The notes below the pieces were generated by a model. The model was given only the letters and a program-made list of their open reading frames with translations, did no database searches and was not told where the DNA came from. The position numbers and the translations under genes were made by a program. A stretch of 64,000 nucleotides of DNA, from the NCBI GenBank assembly GCA_020631905.1, contig JACKGQ010000001.1:421854-485853 (forward strand). The letters run 5' to 3'. This DNA comes from Candidatus Nomurabacteria bacterium. Its GTDB lineage: Bacteria; Patescibacteriota; Saccharimonadia; Saccharimonadales; VXPC01. Below, in pieces: positions 59,331 to 64,000 of this stretch (positions are counted from its first letter, which is position 1; the number at the start of each line of letters is the position of its first letter).

Positions 59331-61049
59331 ATGAACAGTCGAACCCAGACAGCTAATGCCAATGGCCGCTTAAAACTATTCGGTCTTTTTTTGGTTGTGT
59401 TAGGGGCAGTATTTGTTGTTAGGCTATTTTATTTACAAATTATCAAAGGCTCTGAGTACCGTAGTGCTGCAGATGCTAGCCAGGTAAAATCACTAGAGAT
59501 ACCTGCCAAAAGAGGTGATATCTATGCTTATAGTGGCAGCGAAAGAGTTCCGCTAGTTTTAAATGAACGAAGATGGCTAGTGTTTGCTGACTCGCAATTT
59601 ATCGATGATATTAATGGATTAGTCAACCGGCTCAGTGAGTATGGTATAGACCTTTCGGATTCACAGAAAGCCCAGCTAGAGGATGGAAGTCGGTACGTAG
59701 TCTTGGTTAAAGATTTCAACGATCAACAGAAGAGTCAGCTACAAGCTGCAGAGTTCACTGGTATATATTTTCAGGAAAGATCTGTCAGAGCATATGCAGA
59801 AGATTCACTTGCGGCACAGGTGCTGGGTTTTGTTAATGCTGATGGCCAAGGTCAATATGGTATAGAAGAGTTACTTGCTAATGAGCTCACTGGTACACCA
59901 GGCAAACTCAAGGCGATTACCGATTCTCGAGGTATACCGCTGGCTTTCGAGGAAAGTAATATCGATATTGCCCCAGTTGATGGCCAGGATGTAACTCTGA
60001 CCATAGATGTTGGTGTTCAGAAACTTGTTGAACACGCAGTTGCCGATGAGGTTGACAGAACAAATGCCAGAGGTGGCACCGGAATAGTTATGGATGCTGA
60101 CACAGGTGCAATATTGGCAATGTCTAACTATCCTAGTTTTTCACCAGCTGCCTATAATCAGGTCGAAGACATTAGTTTATTCACCAATAACACAATTAGT
60201 TCGGCAATCGAACCGGGTTCGGTGATGAAAGTACTAGTGGCGGCAACAGTACTAGACAAGGGGCTTGTCGGCACAGAGTACGAATACTACGATCCCGATC
60301 AGGTTGTGCTCGATGGTTCGGTGATTAGAAATGCGATTGATTATGGCGCCCAAACACGCAAAATCGAAGACATACTGATCAGTTCACTTAATACTGGTTC
60401 GGTTCATTTACTTCAGGTTATGGGTGGTGGGGAAGTTAATCAACAAGCCAGGACCACCTACTATGACTATTTAGTTAACCACTTTGGCTTGAGTAAACTT
60501 ACAGGGGTCGAGTTGCAAAATGAAGCCAGTGGTCAGATTTTTGGCCCAAACGAAGGCTATGGGCTAAATATTCGTTATGGCAATATGACATTTGGCCAGG
60601 GGCTAACAGTTACACCGATTCAGCTCGCCACGGCCTATTCGAGCATATTTAATGGCGGTACACGCATGAAGCCGTACATAGTTTCTGCGATTGGCCAAAC
60701 CCAGACTACACCTGTCGTTGCTCAGTCTAGCGTACTGAGCCCGTCGGCAATTGAGCAGTTGCGTGAATTAATGCGACGCATGGGTGTCCATAAATATGGT
60801 GATGTCCAATACGCTGGCCTAGAGATATCAGGCAAAACAGGCACTGGTCAGATAGCTAACCCAGATGGTGGATACTACGATGATCAGTACACTGGTACAT
60901 TTGCAGGCTACATAAAATCATCTGATAAAACTTACGTAATAGTTGTGACAATCGATCGACCTGATGTGCGATTTGCGGGAACCGATGCAGCCGCACCGGT
61001 CTGGAAAGACGTTGTTAAAGGTATGATTAACACCGGCAAAGTCGACTAA
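59331..61049 (+). CDS. ftsI: Class B penicillin-binding protein (septal transpeptidase)
   Basis: N-terminal anchor and dimerisation domain. SxxK (GSVMK), SxN (SLN) and KTG (GKTGT) motifs. Confidence 0.9.
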   Translation: MNSRTQTANANGRLKLFGLFLVVLGAVFVVRLFYLQIIKGSEYRSAADASQVKSLEIPAKRGDIYAYSGSERVPLVLNERRWLVFADSQFIDDINGLVNRLSEYGIDLSDSQKAQLEDGSRYVVLVKDFNDQQKSQLQAAEFTGIYFQERSVRAYAEDSLAAQVLGFVNADGQGQYGIEELLANELTGTPGKLKAITDSRGIPLAFEESNIDIAPVDGQDVTLTIDVGVQKLVEHAVADEVDRTNARGGTGIVMDADTGAILAMSNYPSFSPAAYNQVEDISLFTNNTISSAIEPGSVMKVLVAATVLDKGLVGTEYEYYDPDQVVLDGSVIRNAIDYGAQTRKIEDILISSLNTGSVHLLQVMGGGEVNQQARTTYYDYLVNHFGLSKLTGVELQNEASGQIFGPNEGYGLNIRYGNMTFGQGLTVTPIQLATAYSSIFNGGTRMKPYIVSAIGQTQTTPVVAQSSVLSPSAIEQLRELMRRMGVHKYGDVQYAGLEISGKTGTGQIANPDGGYYDDQYTGTFAGYIKSSDKTYVIVVTIDRPDVRFAGTDAAAPVWKDVVKGMINTGKVD

Positions 61050-61068
61050 AGGTGATACAATAGCAGCC

Positions 61069-62196
61069 ATGAGTTCATTAGATCAGCAAATCAGTTTCTT
61101 TAATCAAATTACACGCTTTGACATCGTCAAATTACTAATTCCAACAATCGTAGCTTTTGCCGCAGGTATCTTGGTAACCCCACTTGTTACAAAGTACATG
61201 TTCAAGTACGAGCTCTGGAAAAAGAAAAGTGTGTCTCGTTCTGTTGATGGTAGGGCAGCTCCATTAACTCAGAAACTACATAACGACGAAGCCCGCAAAG
61301 TACCCCGGATGGGTGGTATGATTGTTGTTCTGGCGGTATTATTTACGACCATCGTATTTTGGATCTTATCGAAGGCAATCGATAGTCAGTGGACATTCGA
61401 GCTAGATTTCTTAAGTCGAGCCCAGACGCTCCTTCCGCTTACAGCACTTGTTGGCGGTTTCATTATTGGCGTAATAGACGACCTAGCCGTTGTTGGCAAA
61501 ATAAAAGCCACCCAAGGTTTATTGGGTAAGTACGTTGGTGGTGGTATTCCATTGAGAGTCAGGATAGGTTTTGTAGCGCTTGTTGGTCTATTCTGTGGTT
61601 GGTGGTTCTTTAGTAAATTAGGCTATGAATCGATTTATATTCCGTTTTCGGGGGATTTGCAGCTTGGCTGGCTGATTATCCCATTATTCGTAATAATCAT
61701 GGCTGCGACGTACTCGGGTGGGGTAATTGATGGTGTTGATGGACTATCTGGCGGGGTTATGGCGATCATCTTTACAACTTACGGCTTAATTTCATTTATG
61801 CAGTTTCGATTTGACCTAGCTACATTCTGTATGGTTATCGTGGGCGGCTTACTCGCGTTTTTATGGTTCAACATACCGCCGGCACGATTCTTTATGAGCG
61901 AAACTGGCATAATGGCTTTAACCTTGGCATTGAGCGTTGTGGCGTTCTTTACAGATACGGTTGTACTATTGCCAATCATAGGGTTGCCTTTGGTGGTATC
62001 AAGTGGTTCGGTGATTATTCAAGTAATATCTAAAAAACTAAGACACGGCAAAAAGATATTCCTGATTTCACCACTGCACAATCATTTTCAGGCAGCAGGT
62101 TGGCCAGCAGCAAAAGTTACCATGCGCTATTGGGTGATATCTCAGATTTCTGCGACCACCGGCTTTATAATTTTCTTACTTGGATACAAACTTTAA
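61069..62196 (+). CDS. mraY: Phospho-N-acetylmuramoyl-pentapeptide transferase
   Basis: Ten or so TM helices. GVIDDLA, IDGVDGLSGG and PLHNHF motifs. Confidence 0.9.
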   Translation: MSSLDQQISFFNQITRFDIVKLLIPTIVAFAAGILVTPLVTKYMFKYELWKKKSVSRSVDGRAAPLTQKLHNDEARKVPRMGGMIVVLAVLFTTIVFWILSKAIDSQWTFELDFLSRAQTLLPLTALVGGFIIGVIDDLAVVGKIKATQGLLGKYVGGGIPLRVRIGFVALVGLFCGWWFFSKLGYESIYIPFSGDLQLGWLIIPLFVIIMAATYSGGVIDGVDGLSGGVMAIIFTTYGLISFMQFRFDLATFCMVIVGGLLAFLWFNIPPARFFMSETGIMALTLALSVVAFFTDTVVLLPIIGLPLVVSSGSVIIQVISKKLRHGKKIFLISPLHNHFQAAGWPAAKVTMRYWVISQISATTGFIIFLLGYKL

Positions 62197-62218
62197 TGAA
62201 GCTGGTTCAGGCAAAATA

Positions 62219-63430
62219 ATGAATCGTGACTGGTGGGTATGGCCTGGTCCGAGTTCGCGTCGACACCAAGCAGATCGATCAATTTTCGTCACTACGCTAA
62301 TATTGTTGGTAATTGGCTTAGTGATTCAGTATGCTATCGGACCAGCGGTTACCGCCGGAACAGACGGAATATCACGAAACTTCTATTTCTATCGACACTT
62401 TGCTTCGATATTAATTGGTTTTGCTAGTTTATATATCGCCTGGAAAGTACCAATTAAGTCGTGGATTCGACTTAGTCCTTGGCTTCTGGCGGCCGGAGCG
62501 GCTTTAAGCCTGATAACTATCGCGATCGATGGTATCGCGAGTCGATGGATACAGATTGGTTTCTTTTCGTTCCAACCGGTAGAGGTGATTAAGCTAGCGA
62601 TGATATTGGGTGGGGCAGCTTTTATCCTACAAGCTCGACAAAATAACAATTTTACCTCTAGCTGGCGGCCGGTCAGCCAGTTGCTCTACGCACTAGTTGG
62701 TGCAACTTTTTTGGTGGTTATCTTACAGCGCGACTTCGGTTCTTGGTTTGTGATTGCAGCAGTTGTGATGCTGATGCTCTTCGTAGGTGGTTTTAGTTTA
62801 AAACTGTTTGGCATGGGAGTCCTGATAGCCTCATTACTAGCTAGTGTGTTTATATTATCGACGCCGTATCGTCGCGATCGTTTAAATACATTCCTAAATC
62901 CTCAGGCCGACTGCTCCGATGCCGGCTATCATGCTTGTCAGGCAGTAATTGGAGTTGGCTCGGGAGGTCTGTTTGGGCGTGGTATAGGTAAATCGGTTCA
63001 GGTCTATGGTTATTTACCAGAGGCTAGTAACGACTCAATATTTGCAGTCTATGCGGAAATCATTGGGTTTATAGGTAGTCTGTTGCTTTTGGCCTTATAT
63101 TATCGTCTGTTTAAATCAATTTATATCATCGCGCAACGTTCGGAGCTGCTACTCAGGCTAATTGCGGTAGGCATACTTACATGGTTTAGTCTGCAGTCGG
63201 CAATGAATATTGGGGCGATGATTGGCCTTTTGCCACTAAAGGGGATTACTTTGCCTTTTGTCAGCTATGGTGGATCAAGTCTGATGCTGGTAATGTTTGC
63301 AACGGGTATAATCTTGCAGATTTCCGCGTATACTGTATATAGCTATGAAAAAACAGAAGACAATACTCCTGGCAGGAGGCGGGTCAGGCGGACACGTTAC
63401 GCCACTCGCTACAATCGCCCAGGAAATTAA
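62219..63430 (+). CDS. ftsW: SEDS-family peptidoglycan polymerase FtsW
   Basis: FQPVEVIKLAMIL, LPEASNDSIFAV and LPLKGITLPFVSYGGSS motifs. I prefer the ATG at 62219. The 3' end overlaps murG by 86 nt. Confidence 0.88.
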   Translation: MNRDWWVWPGPSSRRHQADRSIFVTTLILLVIGLVIQYAIGPAVTAGTDGISRNFYFYRHFASILIGFASLYIAWKVPIKSWIRLSPWLLAAGAALSLITIAIDGIASRWIQIGFFSFQPVEVIKLAMILGGAAFILQARQNNNFTSSWRPVSQLLYALVGATFLVVILQRDFGSWFVIAAVVMLMLFVGGFSLKLFGMGVLIASLLASVFILSTPYRRDRLNTFLNPQADCSDAGYHACQAVIGVGSGGLFGRGIGKSVQVYGYLPEASNDSIFAVYAEIIGFIGSLLLLALYYRLFKSIYIIAQRSELLLRLIAVGILTWFSLQSAMNIGAMIGLLPLKGITLPFVSYGGSSLMLVMFATGIILQISAYTVYSYEKTEDNTPGRRRVRRTRYATRYNRPGN

Positions 63431-64000
63431 GCTCCAACGACCCGATCTGCAGTTAAGTTATATTGGTGCTTTTGGCGATAAAATTGCTTCTAAAATGCTT
63501 GTCGAATCTGACCTGGTTAACAACTATCATCGGATACTTAGCGGCAAATTAAGGCGCTATGAAGGCTTTTCTGGCTGGCAGAAACGTAAACTATGGAAGT
63601 CTTATCTGTATAATCTTCGGGATATTTTTGGTCTGAGCATTGGTTGTATCCAAGCAATTAGCCTACTTTTATTTAAGCGTCCGGCGTTAGTATTTAGCAA
63701 AGGTGGCTACCCAGCCTTACCTGTGTGTCTGGCGGCTCGGATTCTGAGAATACCAGTGATTACTCATGATTCAGATGCTACCAGTGGGTTGGCTCATCGA
63801 CCTGTCCGCGCTACGGCTAAACTACGTCTGTTTGGCGTAAAGCCAACTAGTTTGCAACCAAATTGGCGGTATGTCGGTGTGCCAATCAGTGTAGTTTACC
63901 AGTCTAAAATAAGCGCCCAGGAAGTTGAGGCGATTAAACAGCAGTACGGGATTACTTCTAAAGATTTTATTTTGGTAACTGGAGGTGGTGGGGGAGCGCG
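63345..64000 (+). CDS. murG: MurG-like glycosyltransferase (GT28), N-terminal part; runs off the 3' edge
   Basis: My own translation from the ATG at 63345 is MKKQKTILLAGGGSGGHVTPLATIAQEI...ITHDSDATSGLAHR... The frame stays open to the end of the window. G-loop GGSGGH. Canonical position after ftsW. Confidence 0.8.
   Translation, partial: MKKQKTILLAGGGSGGHVTPLATIAQEIKLQRPDLQLSYIGAFGDKIASKMLVESDLVNNYHRILSGKLRRYEGFSGWQKRKLWKSYLYNLRDIFGLSIGCIQAISLLLFKRPALVFSKGGYPALPVCLAARILRIPVITHDSDATSGLAHRPVRATAKLRLFGVKPTSLQPNWRYVGVPISVVYQSKISAQEVEAIKQQYGITSKDFILVTGGGGGA

Noticed and set aside
1-64000. Search for tRNA, rRNA, tmRNA, RNase P RNA, SRP RNA, CRISPR arrays, transposases and integrases
   Set aside because: I scanned all spacers of about 60 bp or more by eye for T-loop (GGTTCGAATCC-like) motifs, for the RNase P AAAGTCC core and for tmRNA ends. 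I also looked for regularly spaced direct repeats. Nothing convincing turned up, and no ORF showed DDE, tyrosine-recombinase or serine-recombinase motifs. A covariance-model scan is still needed for the long spacers at 980-1625, 37165-37565 and 57593-57956.

Overview
This 64-kb chromosomal window comes from a compact bacterial genome. By eye the G+C is in the mid-40s percent; I did not compute it. I call about 60 protein genes and found no rRNA, tRNA, CRISPR array, transposase or integrase. The backbone is housekeeping: rpsB-tsf, frr-uppS-rseP, four aminoacyl-tRNA synthetases (proS, lysS, serS, glyQS), greA, rsmE, hpf, secA, prfB, ftsEX plus an S41 protease, pyrG, rpmA, xseAB, recO, and a reduced dcw cluster (mraZ-rsmH-ftsL-ftsI-mraY-ftsW-murG). 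UGA is used as a stop codon and RF2 is present, so the genetic code is standard. The streamlined synteny (no pyrH, cdsA, murE, murF or murD at their usual positions), the many orphan proteins, a four-helix-bundle gene and a heliorhodopsin fit a monoderm-type CPR/Patescibacteria organism such as Saccharibacteria. That placement is an inference I cannot verify without searches. The items most worth a second look are: (1) a heliorhodopsin with a possible ~70-aa polycationic N-terminal tail. (2) An rRNA-IVS-like cassette, a four-helix-bundle ORF closed by a 19-bp stem, inserted into the frr-uppS operon. Its arms belong to a dispersed family of 7-nt tandem arrays seen at five loci. (3) A strongly GC-rich 593-bp single-gene cassette bracketed by 14-15-nt inverted repeats, inside a 2.6-kb insertion that replaces pyrH between tsf and frr. 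(4) A 32-bp A/T-only quasi-palindrome present twice with 31/32 identity. (5) A LysRS fused to a DUF2000/PTH2-like domain. (6) An unusually long pyrG leader containing a 25-bp direct repeat that duplicates the pyrG RBS and start codon. (7) Several orphan-gene islands: a transglutaminase-like protein and its neighbour with duplicated promoters, a trio including an HExxH protein, and an operon encoding a giant SGNH/TSP3 surface protein. (8) A degenerate kinase-like and pseudo-receiver gene pair. (9) A clear MraZ operator array. All family assignments rest on motif recognition by eye, not on database searches.
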